This document shows, one piece after another, positions 38,326-51,899 of a DNA stretch of 64,000 bases (position 1 is the stretch's first letter; every line of letters starts with the position of its first letter). Under the pieces are notes generated by a model. That model was given only the letters and a program-made list of their open reading frames with translations, did not search any database and was not told the DNA's origin. Made by a program: the position numbers and the translations under genes. Source of the stretch: Octopus vulgaris (Eukaryota); the NCBI GenBank assembly GCA_951406725.2, contig OX597837.1:23560001-23624000 (forward strand), written 5' to 3'.

Positions 38326-39926
38326 ATCTTTATTAAGTGGCGGCGCATGGCTTAGTCGTTAGGGTGTCAGTATCATGATCGTAAGATTGTGGTTTCGATT
38401 CCTGGACTGGGCGACGAGTTGTGTTCTTGAGCAAAACACTTCATTTCACATTGCTCCAGTGCAAAAATGAGTAACGCTGTGATGGACTGGTGTCCTATTC
38501 AGCTCGGGAACACATACGCCATTGAAACCTGGAAACCGGGCCCATGAGCCTGGCTCGGCTTTAAAAGGGCACATTTATTTATTTTTTATTATGTCTTTAT
38601 TAACAATGTGTCCTGAAATGAATTCACTTATGAATAACAGCTTGTAATTATACATTGGTTTAAAAGCACCCCTTGGACAACAGAAAAAAATGGTGAGATT
38701 CCTGTAAGATTTGAACCACACATCTTCTGTAACCCAGACAGACATACTAAGAATTGCACTGAAGTAGTCCACAGTGTATAGTCATATTCTTTTCTTTTAT
38801 TCTTTCATTTGTTTCAGTGATTTTACTGTGGTCATGCTGGAACACTACCTTTAGTCAAACAAATTGACCCCAGGACTTATTCTTTGTAAACCTAGTACTT
38901 ATTCTATCGGTCTCCTATAACTTAACAGTTCATCAAAAGGAGGCAATAGAATAAGTACCAGGCTTTAAAAAAAGTACTGGGGTTGATTTGTTTGACTAAA
39001 ACCCTTCAAAGCAGTGCTCCAGCATGGCTACATTCTAAAGACTGAAAAAGTAAAAGAAAAGATAACACAGCAGGGACATTCTAAGTACAGCATTTTCATT
39101 TTATATAACCTATTTAGGCTTCAGCAGCTCCCTCAGCTTAGAAATAAGAGATCCTGGGTCTAATCCTGTTTGGGGCTATGTATGTATCTTTTCTCTGCTA
39201 CTTGTTTCAGTCATTGGACTGCGTCCATGCTGGGAGAGTGTCTTGAAGGCTTTTAGTCGAAAAAAATTAACCCCAGTTCGTATTTTTAGGCCTGGTATGT
39301 ATTCCATCAGTCTCTTCACTTGAACTGCTCAGTCATGGAGATGTAATACAACCAACACCCATTGTCAAGTGGTTGAGGGGAACATGCACAGACATACACA
39401 CGCACACACATGCACACACATGCATGTGCATATGCATGCATACACACATACACATGCACGTACATACACAAACACACACAGATACACACACACGCACACA
39501 AACATATGATAGGTGTTTTTTGAGTTTCTTCTGCTCAATCCAGTCACGAGACTTTGGTCAACCCAGGGCTTTAGTAGAAGACACTTACCTAAAGTAACAC
39601 ACAGTGGGACTGAACCTAGAACCATGTGGTTGAGAAGCAAGCTTCTTACCATACTGTCACGTCTGCAGCTACATATCCAAAAAACAACACAATTGATGGT
39701 GATTGTTAATGAAAGCAATCAATTTTTTTGTGTAACTATATGAATTTTGTAAATATACATTGTAAAGTTAAGGCTAATTGTTCAGATAATTAAAATCTAA
39801 TTACGAACGACTCATCTCAAACACTCAGACATTTAATTATTAAACTTAAAGAACAGCTTCCGTGTTTTTAAATAAAATAGAAACTGATTTCTCTGTTTAT
39901 TTGTAAATATGTGAGCATGTGTGTGT

Positions 39927-40280
39927 AAGTGTGAGTTTGTATGTGTGTATGTATATAGACACACGAAAACACACACATATATGAATATAATTATAAGCAG
40001 GTGCATGCATATGCATATGAGCATATATATATATATATATATATATAGTAAATCCAAACAAGAAAGCACAAAAAAACACAACGCGAGGACGTGGAACAAA
40101 TATAAGTGTGAGTTTGTATGTGTGTATGTATATAGACACACGAAAACACACACATATATGAATATAATTATAAGCAGGTGCATGCATATGCATATGAGCA
40201 TATATATATATATATATATATATAGTTAATCCAAACAAGAAAGCACAAAAAAACACAACGCGAGGACGTGGAACAAATAT
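39927..40280. repeat. Near-identical tandem duplication, unit about 177 bp
   Basis: AAGTGTGAGTTTGTATG...GGACGTGGAACAAATAT occurs twice. Confidence 0.9.
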
Positions 40281-40319
40281 AATATTATTGGACGCTTAGG
40301 AAAGAAGGAAAGAAGAAGG

Positions 40320-40354
40320 GTTTAACGTTTCAAGCAGAGCTCTTCGTCGGAAAC
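40320..40354 (-). ncRNA. Minimal hammerhead-like motif (core position U4 changed to C)
   Basis: Minus strand GTTT-CCGACGA-A-GAGC-tct-GCTT-GAAA-CG-TT-AAAC. Confidence 0.55.
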
Positions 40355-40646
40355 ATAGGAGAAGGAAAGATACAGAGAAGGGAAGACAGAGGAAAAAAAT
40401 CACCAACAGTACACACGCGGTCACATTTTGATTATATATATATAGTCATTACGAGGATATATAAACCTCTTATGGTGATAGTTTCATCGAAATTACACTG
40501 ATTTAGTATATTATATTGTTGAGAAATATAGGTATATTATAAATATCAAATATTATTAAGTAAGAAAATGGAGAGATTTAATGAAGATAAATTACTTTAT
40601 AAACATTTTTAATAAGGCCTACAATGTAGTTTCCTTGATGTCCATT

Positions 40647-40749
40647 GGCCCTGAAGAAATTAATATTCAAATAATATTCAAAATGCAAACTTATTTTATT
40701 CTATAGGTTTGTAATTTGTATTGAGTGTGAATTGAAACAATTGTAGGCC
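40647..40749 (+). ncRNA. Type-I hammerhead ribozyme with intact core, within a Penelope-like inverted repeat (arms about 40558-40625 and 40740-40807)
   Basis: GGCC-CTGAAGA-AATT...AATT-GAAA-CAATTG-TA-GGCC. Stem II extends via ATATTCAA/TTGAGTGT. Cleavage is predicted after GUA at 40745. Confidence 0.72.
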
Positions 40750-40897
40750 TTATTAAAAATGTTAATAAATTAAATTATATCCGTTAAATCTCTCCATTTT
40801 TTTACTTTTTTGTTAGGGCATATTCCTCAAGTTCTGAGCATTTCCTTACATCTGCAATGTAGATATTATTTCGCTCACTGTTTATTTCCTCATATTC

Positions 40898-40933
40898 CTT
40901 TCTGTTGAAGAGCATAGGCTTGAAACATAAAAG
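40898..40933 (+). ncRNA. Minimal hammerhead-like motif (variant core CUGUUGA)
   Basis: CTTT-CTGTTGA-A-GAGC-atag-GCTT-GAAA-CA-TA-AAAG. Confidence 0.5.
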
Positions 40934-41025
40934 ACTTTCTCACTTTCTGGAACACCCAACTAATACACCTGCTTGTCGTTCATAGCCCTGTCTTCGTCTT
41001 TTGTTTTCTGTAAATTTCAACTATA

Positions 41026-41085
<60 letters not shown>

Positions 41086-41156
41086 TTATATATGTGTATA
41101 TACATACATACATTCATACATATAAACATACATACATTTATATATATATGTATATA

Positions 41157-41198
<42 letters not shown>

Positions 41199-42184
41199 AT
41201 ATATATGTATATATATGTATATATATGTATATATAGTATATATATATATATATAGATAGATAGATAGATAGATAGATATGCATACATATACATACATACT
41301 TGTATATAGTGAATATAAGGAGTTATACTCCAAGCTGTGCTTTGTGTATGTCACAACAGAATAACTTCTTTTTACAACAACAGTGTGTTCAACATACTCA
41401 CCTCATTGGCACAAGGCATTCTGGGATGTCAATGTTTTGACATGTGTCTTGCCAGCCAGAAATATCAGAAACTCTAAACTGAGACAAAGCCACTATTTTT
41501 GTTTATATTTTCAGTGAACAAATTGTTTGCTGATTGATGCTTACATCTCCCAACTGATGGAAGATTGTTATTTGCACCACCATGTACCTCAGTGAAGACA
41601 CGTAGCCTAGTGGTTAGTGTGTTGCACTGACAATCACTAGATCATGAGTTCAATTCTCAGACCAGGCAATACTCTGTGTTCTTAAGCAAAATACTTAATC
41701 TCATGTTACTCTGTGAGTGAGAGAATAGCAGAATCATTGGTACATCAGCAGAAATGATTCAAGGAATATTTTTCAGCTCTCTACATTCTGAGTTTAAATC
41801 CCAAACTGCCTGGAGATGGCAATGGGAGACCACTCAAGCATTCATCCCAAGTCTATCCATGGTAACCAAAGTTCCAGCAATCGATTTAATGGCAGCAAAG
41901 GTTGGCATACAGACCCACTCCAGTCATACAGAGAATATTAGAGGAGGTTCACATGCACAGGACCTACCGAACTACTGGGCCAGAGAGCAGATATAAGCAC
42001 CACTCAGCAAACATTCTGTTCACTGAAAGTATAAATGAAACCCAATCGTTTTGTCTAGGCTCAGAGTTCCAGATATTTCTGGATATGTTTTTTGGCTTAC
42101 CTCAGGAAGAAACAAAAAGTAAATAAAAGTGTGGTCATGGGATGAGTAAGTGTGGTAGAGAAAATGTAGGAGGTGGAGAATCAA

Positions 42185-42290
42185 GAGGAGGAGGAGGAAG
42201 GAGAAGAAGAGGAAGGAGAAGAAGAAGAAGAAGAAGAAGAAGAAGAAGAAGAAGAAGAAGAAGAAGAAGAAGAAGAAGAAGAAGAAGAAG
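42185..42290. repeat. (GGA)n/(GAA)n tract
   Basis: Directly visible. Confidence 0.95.
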
Positions 42291-42936
42291 CTAAACAGGT
42301 AGGGTCATATAGAGCAAATCAGTTTATCTGGACATAGGCTAGTGGTCAGTCAGTACAAACAATATTCCATTGTTACAGTGGGGTGGAAGGGATTTGGAAA
42401 TTCGTTTGATGGATGAAAATTTATTTCACCACCAGTGACAATGGAAAGTGAAAATAATTATTAAATAGATAACTTGATAATTACTCAGGAATCAAAATAC
42501 TGAAGATGTATATGATGTTTGTGGTGGAGTAGTAGTGCGGTCAATGGTAGGGTAGCATAAATCACCTTCAAACTAGAAGACCTACATTGTGACCCAAGAG
42601 TGTGTAGGCAAGGGAGAAAAGATGCAAGAAAATATATTTATTGTATATATATATGTTTGTGCGTATACATGTGTATATATATTCTTTTATTCTTTTATTC
42701 ATTTACTTGTTTCAGTCATGTGATTGTGGCCATTCTGGAGCACCGCCTTTAGTCAAGCAAATCAAGCTCTGGACATATTCTTTGTACGCTTAGTACTTAT
42801 TCTATTGGTCCCATTTGCCAAACTGCTATGTTATGGGGACGTAAACACTCCAACCTCGGTTGTCAAGGAATGATGAGGGGAGGACAAACACAGACACACA
42901 AACATATACACACATATACATATATATGTGTATGTA

Positions 42937-42967
<31 letters not shown>

Positions 42968-42991
42968 ATATATACATATGCGTGTGTGTAT

Positions 42992-43044
<53 letters not shown>

Positions 43045-43516
43045 TGCTGTATAACCAGCCGATTTAAGAGTACCTTTCAATCATTGGACAATAAACTACG
43101 CTTGTGAAGACCTGTTGAGGCAAGCGAAATCAAAATTGGTGTTGTGGCCAATGACAGTACCACCTGATTAGCACCCGTGCCAGTGGAACGTTAAAAGCAC
43201 CATTCGAGCCTGGTGCAGCCTTCTGGTTCGCCAGTCCCCAGTCAAACCGTCTAACCCATGCCCGCATGGAAAGTGAACATTAAACGGTGATGAGGAGGAT
43301 TTAAATTATGTAGTAATGCTTCAACAAGTAGAAAAACACCTGATCAGCTAAGAAAGTAAAGATGATCTTAAAACAAAATCACCACAAATCTTGTGAATAC
43401 AGCTACCAAGGGTTTCCTGGGTGAAATAAAAGCATGAAGGAATAAATTATCATTTTGACCAGGTGACCTTGTGTAGCTGTAATTACAAGATTTGTGGGTT
43501 TTTTTAAAGATTTTAT

Positions 43517-43843
43517 ATATCTATCTATCTATCTGCTCAGTCGAAGTCGACTCTCGGTCACTCGTTGGATCAGTGTCCTCCAGTCAGTTCTATCCTGGGT
43601 CACTTCTTTCAGATTGGCTATGTCCATTCCGGTATCCCTCTTGATGGTGTCAAGCCAGCGGGTTCTTGGTCGGCCTCTTCCTCTCTTGCCACTGACCATT
43701 CCGAGCGTGATGTCCTTCTCCAGGGATTTTCTCCACATAATATGACCAAAATATGCCAATCTATGCTTAGTGATCCTAGCTTCTAGCGACATTTTCGGCC
43801 TGATCTGCTTAAGAACTTCTCCATTGGTGAGCCTCGCTGTCCT
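43517..43843 (-). mobile_element. RTE-BovB clade LINE 3' end with (TAGA)n tail
   Basis: Reads TARLTNGEVLKQIRPKMSLEARITKHRLAYFGHIM...GKRGRGRPRTRWLDTIKRDTG...DRTDWRTLIQRVTESRLRL*. Confidence 0.9.
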
Positions 43844-43869
43844 GAAAGATTTTATATATATATGTATAA

Positions 43870-44190
43870 AAATAAAGCACCAACTGATCGTGGCCGATGC
43901 CAGTACCCCTTGACTGGTTCTTGTGCTGGTGGCACATAAAAAACACCATCTGAATGTGATCGATGCCAGGCCCACCTGACTGGCTCCTGTGCTGGTGGTA
44001 CATAAAAAGTACCCACTACACTCTTGGAGTGGTTGGCGTAAGGAAGGGCATCCAGCTGTAGAAACATTGCCAGATCAGATTCGAGCCTGGTGCAGCCATA
44101 GGCTTTCCAGACCTCAGTGAAACCGTCCAACCCATGCCAGCATGGAAAACAGACGTTAAACGATGATGGTGATGATGATGATGATGATGA
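43870..44190 (+). mobile_element. 5'-truncated family C SINE
   Basis: Array units at about 43922 and 43988, AGGAAGGGCATCCAGCTG, and a (GAT)n tail. Confidence 0.85.
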
Positions 44191-44317
44191 AAGAGAAGCA
44201 CATTCTAAGTTATAGAGCAGGAGAGTATATAGATAGATACATATGACCAGTCTATGGGGCAAGACCTGCAACATATCTATTTATATCCATCTATACATAC
44301 ATACATACATATATACA

Positions 44318-45263
44318 AGGCAGCTAGCTGGCAGAAACGTTAGCGCGCTGGGCGAAATGCTTAGTGGTATTTCGTCTGTCTTTACGTTCTGAGTTCAAAT
44401 TCCGCCGAGGTCGACTTTGCCTTTCATCCTTTCGGGGTCGATAAATAAAGTACCAGTTGCGTACTGGGGTCAATGTAATCGACTTAATCCCTTTGTCTGT
44501 CCTTGTTTGTCCCCTCTATGTTTAGCCCCTTGTGGGTAATAAAGAAATAGGTATTTCGTCTGTCTTTATGTTCTGAGTTCAAATTCCGCCGAGGTCGACT
44601 TTGCCTTTCATCCTTTCGGGGTCGATAAATAAAGTACCAGTTGCGTACTGGGGTCAATGTAATCGACTTAATCCGTTTGTCTGTCCTTGTTTGTCCCCTC
44701 TATGTTTAGCCCCTTGTGGGTAATAAAGAAATAGGTATTTCGTCTGTCTTTATGTTCTGAGTTCAAATTCCGCCGAGGTCGACTTTGCCTTTCATCCTTT
44801 CGGGGTCGATAAATAAAGTACCAGTTGCGTACTGGGGTCAATGTAATCGACTTAATCCCTTTGTCTGTCCTTGTTTGTCCCCTCTATGTTTAGCCCCTTG
44901 TGGGTAATAAAGAAATAGGTATTTCGTCTGTCTTTATGTTCTGAGTTCAAATTCCGCCGAGGTCGACTTTGCTTTTCATCCTTTCGGGGTCGATAAATAA
45001 AGTACCAGTTGCGTACTGGGGTCAATGTAATCGACTTAATCCCTTTGTCTGTCCTTGTTTGTCCCCTCTATGTTTAGCCCCTTGTGGGTAATAAAGAAAT
45101 AGGTATTTCGTCTGTCTTTATGTTCTGAGTTCAAATCCTCATCATCATCATCCTCATCATCATCAGTACCAGTTGCGTACTGGGGTCAATGTAATCGACT
45201 TAATCCGTTTGTCTGTCCTTGTTTGTCCCCTCTATGTTTAGCCCCTTGTGGGTAGTGAAGAAA
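44318..45263 (+). mobile_element. Family B SINE concatemer: one head plus five 184-bp units
   Basis: GTATTTCGTCTG at 44367, 44551, 44735, 44919 and 45103. The units are nearly identical and CpG-rich. Confidence 0.95.
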
Positions 45264-45272
45264 TATATATAT

Positions 45273-45303
<31 letters not shown>

Positions 45304-45611
45304 CATGCTTTGAGCACTTGTGCATGTGTGTAAGACAATATGTCAGTATGTGCACACGTGTATATGTCTCATGTGTGCTTGCATTATTTCCTTTATCTTT
45401 TGCTTTTCTTGACCTTTTTCTTTTTCCACCAACCACGATTTAAGATCCTCCTCCTCCTCCTCCTCCTCCTCCTCCTCCTCCACCTCCTCATCCATCCTCC
45501 ACCTCCTCATCATCATCATCCTCATCCTCATCCTCATCATCATCATCCTCATCATCATCATCCTCCTCATCATCATCATCCTCCTCCTCCTCCTCCTCCT
45601 CATCATCATCC

Positions 45612-45642
<31 letters not shown>

Positions 45643-46011
45643 AATCTTCCACCTCCTCCTCCTCCTCCTCCTCTTCACATTGAAAAAAAATGTTTATTTT
45701 CTTCTCTCTCTTCTCTTTCTCTCTTTCTCTTTCCTCTGCCTTTCCTGCCCTGCACTTTTTCCTTCCTCTTTCTCATCTCCTTCTTTCATATTTTATACTT
45801 CAACAGCTGGAGTACCATCACTACTAACACAACACAACACAACACAACACAACACAGCACCACAAGCACCGCCGCCTCCACCACCACTATCCTCCAAAAC
45901 AACAACAACAACAACAGCAATAAGCAACAACAGTACAAGTGTGTTAGTGAAGGAGAAAAATCTATGTGAATGCTTGTATGCATGTGTGTATGACTGTCCC
46001 TGTGTGTGTTT

Positions 46012-46057
<46 letters not shown>

Positions 46058-46345
46058 TTGTGTGTATGCGTGTGTATGCATGTGTGTGTGTGAGCATGTG
46101 TGTATGTGAATATATGTGCGTGTGCGCGTGCACGAGGGTGGGTCATTTAGTGCAGACCTTGTAGAACATTCCACACTCAAGTGTTGTAGCTAAAGTAATT
46201 AATTAACCAATCAATATTGAAACGAAGCAAAGAAAAACAAAACAAAACAAAAAAATAAAAAAACGAAAATGCATTTTTATGTGTGTGCGTATGCGTTTGT
46301 GTGCATGTATGTCTGTGTATGTGTGAATGTATGTATGTGAGTAGT

Positions 46346-46388
<43 letters not shown>

Positions 46389-46438
46389 GCATGTATATGT
46401 GTATGTATGTATTATATGTATGTATGTATGTATGTATG

Positions 46439-46469
<31 letters not shown>

Positions 46470-46500
46470 CTGTGTGTGTGTGTATTTAAACACTACCCCT

Positions 46501-46533
<33 letters not shown>

Positions 46534-46654
46534 CTTACATGTATGGGTGTATGTGTTTTTATATTTGTATGTGTGTATATGTGTGTATACATATATACAT
46601 ATATATATATGTATGTATACACTCATGTATATAAATGCATACACCCATACAGGC

Positions 46655-46735
<81 letters not shown>

Positions 46736-46789
46736 GCTCCAAAATAAAAAAGAAATTTTAAGTATTGCCCTCTACCACTAAACCACTAA

Positions 46790-46820
<31 letters not shown>

Positions 46821-46822
46821 TG

Positions 46823-46862
<40 letters not shown>

Positions 46863-48932
46863 TAGCTACTACTACAGCCATCACCATCACCACCACCATC
46901 ACCATCACCACCACCACTACTACCACCACCACCACCATCTTATAACTACAATTCAATTTCCGCTTTTACCACAGTGCCCAACGCTACGTCCAGCACTGCC
47001 ACAATAACGGAACCATAGAAGAAAGATTCTATTCAGTTGCTTAACTTCTTAGAAATAGCAGCCAAATTTCCCTCAAATGATAGCTTGTCATCTTAACGAT
47101 GTGTGCATAGGACAATGATGTACATAAAGATGGAATGGTCACAACTAGGTGTATCCAGCGGATGAATGACAAGAAGGACAATACCACCACCACCACCGCC
47201 ACCACCAACACTATCACTACCATTGCCACATCCACTACCACCACCACCACTACCATCACCATCACAACCACTGCCACTGCACTACCATCACCACCACCAC
47301 TACCACCACCACCACTACCATCACTACCACTACCATCCCCACCACCACCACTACCATCCCCACTGCCATCACCACTGCCACCACCACCACCACTACCACC
47401 ACCGTCACCATGCCACTGCCTCCAACACCACCACCACCACCGTCACCACCACTATTGTCACCACCACCACCACCAGCACCACCACCACTATCACTACCAT
47501 TATGCCAACACTATCACATTACCATTATACTACTACTATTACTATCATAAACCACAACCACCTTGCTGTACTATCACCATCACTTTGTCACTACTACTAC
47601 CACCCAAAATCTACCTCCAATACAACTACCACTACCACTACATCATTACCACAAGCATCATCACCACCACCGTGCAGTACTAAGCTGCTACCACCACTAC
47701 CACCACCACCATTACTGTCAATACCACTGCCAGCCCTATTCCTACCACTTTCACCATTGCCATTCACCACTACCACAACTCTCACCACTTCTAGCACCAC
47801 TGCCACTACCATCGCCACCACTAACTTCCATCCTCATCACCATCACCATTATGATCAACACCACTTCCACCCTAACCACCACCACCACCACCACCACCAC
47901 CACCTCCATCACCATCACTAATACCACCAGCACTCCAAGCACCATCACCACCGCCACCACCACCACCACCACCATCGCCATCACCACCACTCCCACCATC
48001 ATCCCCATCACCACCACTACCACCCCCACTCCCATCCTCATCACCATCAACACCACTTCCACCCTAACCACCACCACCACCACCACCTGCATCACCATCA
48101 TTAATACCACCAGCACTCCAAGCACCATCACCACCGCCACCACCACTTCCACCACCACCACCATCGCCATCACCACCACTCCCACCATCATCCCCCATCA
48201 CCACCACTACCACCACTAACTCCCATCCTTTTCACCATCAACACCACTTCCACCCTAACCACCACCATCACTAATACCACCAGTACCGCAAGCACCATCA
48301 CCATCATCACCGCCGCCGCCACCACCACCACCACTCCCACCACCACTCCCACCACCATCATCATCTCAACCACCGCCACCACCACCACCACCAACGCCAT
48401 CACCACCACTCCCACCATCATCTCCATCACCATCATCTCCATCACCACCACTACCAACACTAACTCCCATCCTCATCACCATCAACACCACTTCCACCCT
48501 AACCACCACCATCACTAATACCACCAGTACCGCAAGCACCATCACCATCATCACCGCCGCCACCACCACCCTCACTCCCACCACCATCATCATCTCAACC
48601 ACCGCCACCACTATCACCACTACTATCACACGACTATGATATAATCTATCAATAGCAAAAATAGCAGCATTAAATTCTATATATATTAACATCAAATATA
48701 GATTAATTATGAATGCATTGGGTAGTTAAGAGGGGAAGGGTTTGGGTGGGTAGCTGTAGGTGTGTGTTTGTGCGTGTGTGTGTTTGTGCGTGTGTGTGTT
48801 TGTGTGTCTAGATGAGTACATATGTGGGTGACTGAGTATGCCTATGCCTGAGTGAGTGTACAGGTACGCATGTGCCTTAGCAGACGTACATATACACACA
48901 CACACACACACATAATCACACATGTGTATATA

Positions 48933-49525
48933 TCATCATCATCATCATCGTTTAATGTCCGCTTTCCATGCTGGCATGGGTTGGATGGTTTGACTGAGGA
49001 CTGGTGAACCAGATGGCTGCACTAGGCTCCAATCTGATCTGGCAGAGTTTCCACAGCTGGATGCCCTTCCTAATGCCAATCACTCCAAGAGTGTAGTGGG
49101 TGCTTTTACGTACGACCGGCACAAGGGCCAGTCAGGCGGTACTGGTGTTTTTACGTGTCACCTGCCCAGGGGCCAGTCCAGCGGCACTGGCAACGCCCTC
49201 ACTCGAATGTTGTTTTTCACACACAAGTGCCAGTAAGGCAACGCTGGTAATGATCATGCTCGAATGGTGCTTTTTATGTGCCATCAGCATGGGAGCCAGT
49301 CAGCGGCCCTGGCAACGATCATGCTCGGATGGTGCTCTTAGCGCTCCACTAGCACAGATGCCAGTCATGCAGTGCTCTCATCGAATTTGAGTGTGATTTC
49401 ACTTGCCTCAACAGGTCTTCACAAGCAGAGTTTAGTGTCCAATGAAGGAAAGGTACACCTTAGTGGGCTGGTTATACCACTGGCATAGGTCATGGGTTAT
49501 GGTCTCACTTGGCTTGCCGAGTCTT
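48933..49525 (-). mobile_element. Long family C SINE
   Basis: Reverse complement of the 7425-8030 architecture, including the 5' block gtgagaccataacc...gaggcaagtgaaatc. Confidence 0.85.
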
Positions 49526-49559
49526 GTAAATAAATGAAACCCTCAAATCCATCACTGTA

Positions 49560-49656
49560 CACACACACCCACACACACGCACACACACTCACACACTCAC
49601 ACACACACACATGCACACACACACATGCACACACACACATGCACACACACACACAT

Positions 49657-49712
<56 letters not shown>

Positions 49713-49835
49713 ACACACACACATGCACACACATGCATGCATGCACACACCCACACACACACACACACACACTCACACACACACACACACATGCACACAC
49801 ATGCATGCATGCACACACCCACACACACACACACA

Positions 49836-49869
<34 letters not shown>

Positions 49870-49886
49870 CACACACATGCATGCAT

Positions 49887-49930
<44 letters not shown>

Positions 49931-49993
49931 ACACACATGCACACACACACATGCACACACACACATGCACACACACACACACACACACACACA
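49560..49993. repeat. (CA)n tract punctuated by CATG
   Basis: Directly visible. Confidence 0.95.
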
Positions 49994-50629
49994 GAGTCGT
50001 ATATCTATGTATACATTTATGTATGTATGTATGTTACAGGACTGGATTTAAACCATGGGGGTTGCACAGAGCACTTCATATTCAGTGGAGCCCCCACATG
50101 CACAAAAATTTAAATTTTAGGAAATTAGCAAATTTACATCTCAAAGCCCATCTATCACATGTAATTGTATTTGACAAGTTAGCAAAAAAGTTTAAATAAA
50201 CAACTGAAAATATCACTTTATAGATACACTTTTCAAAATTCAAATTTTTTTCACATACATTCACTTACAGTGTTTGACTTTTATTTCATTGAAGGAGAGA
50301 AGAGGGGGCAAGATTTCTTTTCTTTAATATGAGTTACAAATGTTTCAGAACATAGAATACGATAAAATGACAGAAAATTACAAAAAGGAAAAATATATCA
50401 TTTTAGTGGTTGTTGTTCCAAAGGTATGATGAGTGTATTTGTGTGAGGGGAGAGACAAACATTGAAAAGACATGGATTTTTCAAACTTCCGCTTTAAAAA
50501 GGCTTCCCTTCGTTGTTTTGCATGCAGGAAAAAGAAAAAAGGAAAATCCTGACAAAATTTGTGAGATTCCAACATATATGGGACAGCTATTCAAAAATAA
50601 TTCTGTTTTTCCAAAAGATGTCAATGTAA

Positions 50630-51158
50630 GAGTTCTGGTCTTCTCATAGGTCTTTGCAATAGCAAGAACTAGTTCTACTGGAATGCCATATACTTGAAGG
50701 ATCTTCAATATTTTGTAACAATAGGTGCTGTCAAACCCATTGCTGAAGTCCATGAAGGTTATAATGGTAGGTAGCAGTCTTGATTTAACTCCTATGATAT
50801 GCCTCAAGACTAAGACCTGAGATGTTGTGGCTCTCCCTGGTCTAAATCCATTTTGATTTAGTCTTAGATGACTATCAAGCACCTGTTGAATCCTATTGAG
50901 GACCATTCGCTTGATGCCTTTGAGTGAGATATTGTACAGTGCAATTCCTCTGTAGTTAGTTTCATTGCTGAGGTTTTCTGACTTTGGAATTGGCATCAAG
51001 TAAATCTCAGACCACTGATCTGGAGTTTCTTGGTTCTGCAAGAGCTTATTCAATATTATTTCATCCAGATTGCACCTTTTGATAACTTCAGGGGGAATTT
51101 CATCAGGGCCAGCAGCTTTTCCCTCTTTCAGTCAATATTTGGCACTCTGAATTCTTTC
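50630..51158 (-). pseudogene. RTE-like LINE reverse transcriptase, N-terminal half (inverted segment)
   Basis: Reads GKAAGPDEIPPEV...PIPKSENLS..TNYRGIAL...NQNGFRPGRATT...FMDFSNGFDS...YGIPVELV..IAKTYEKT. Confidence 0.9.
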
Positions 51159-51714
51159 AAATACTAGCTGGGGTGCTACAAGGAGATACACTTGCACCAT
51201 ATCTGTTTGTAATTGTATTGGATTCTACATAATCCAATAGATAACAGTGATGAAGATCTTGATTTCATCATAGATCAGCAATGATCATGGAGAGTGCCAG
51301 CAGTAACCATCACAGACCTGGACTTCACAGATGATACAGTACTCTTATCTAATAGATCAAGATCAACAGTTGTTCAGCAGAGTAGAAGCATCAGCTGCAA
51401 AGACAGGGCTGTGCACAAACGCCAAGGAAATGAAACACATGTCTTTCAGCCAATCAAATGATACTGAACTGCTGGTTCTGAGTGGTTCCAAATTGAATGA
51501 TGCTGAAGACTTCAAGTACTTAGGTTGTTGGGTGAGCAGTTTGGAAGCAGACATCAAGATCAAGAAAACACAAGCATGGACAGCCTGTCACAAACTAAAG
51601 AAAGTCTGTAACACTGAATTGCCCAGGCAAATCAAAATGAAGCTGCTCATTGCAACTGTTGAACCAGTGCTGTTATATGGGAGTGAAATATGGACAGTGA
51701 CAAAGAACTTTTAA
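51156..51714 (+). pseudogene. RTE-like LINE reverse transcriptase, C-terminal half
   Basis: Reads ILAGVLQGDTLAPYLFVIVLD...ITDLDFTDD...DFKYLGCWV...VEPVLLYGSEIWT, with frameshifts and stops. Confidence 0.9.
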
Positions 51715-51899
51715 TAATGGTTTATTAATAAGAGGAATATTGTCTCCTTCCATCATCCTTTTGTTCTTCAAGTAGTTCAAGTAGTGCCACCGACAGAGGG
51801 AGCAGTGCCCCCTCCCAGAAAGAGGAAAGATGAGTTTGTCATACTCTTTCCGAAGGGGTGGGGCGATAGAAAGCTACCTAAGGAAGCGAGAAGGCTGGA

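Noticed and set aside
47135-48695. Mucin- or extensin-like Thr/Pro/His ORFs
   Set aside because: The (ACC)n-derived sequence is open in multiple frames on both strands, with no splice or domain evidence.
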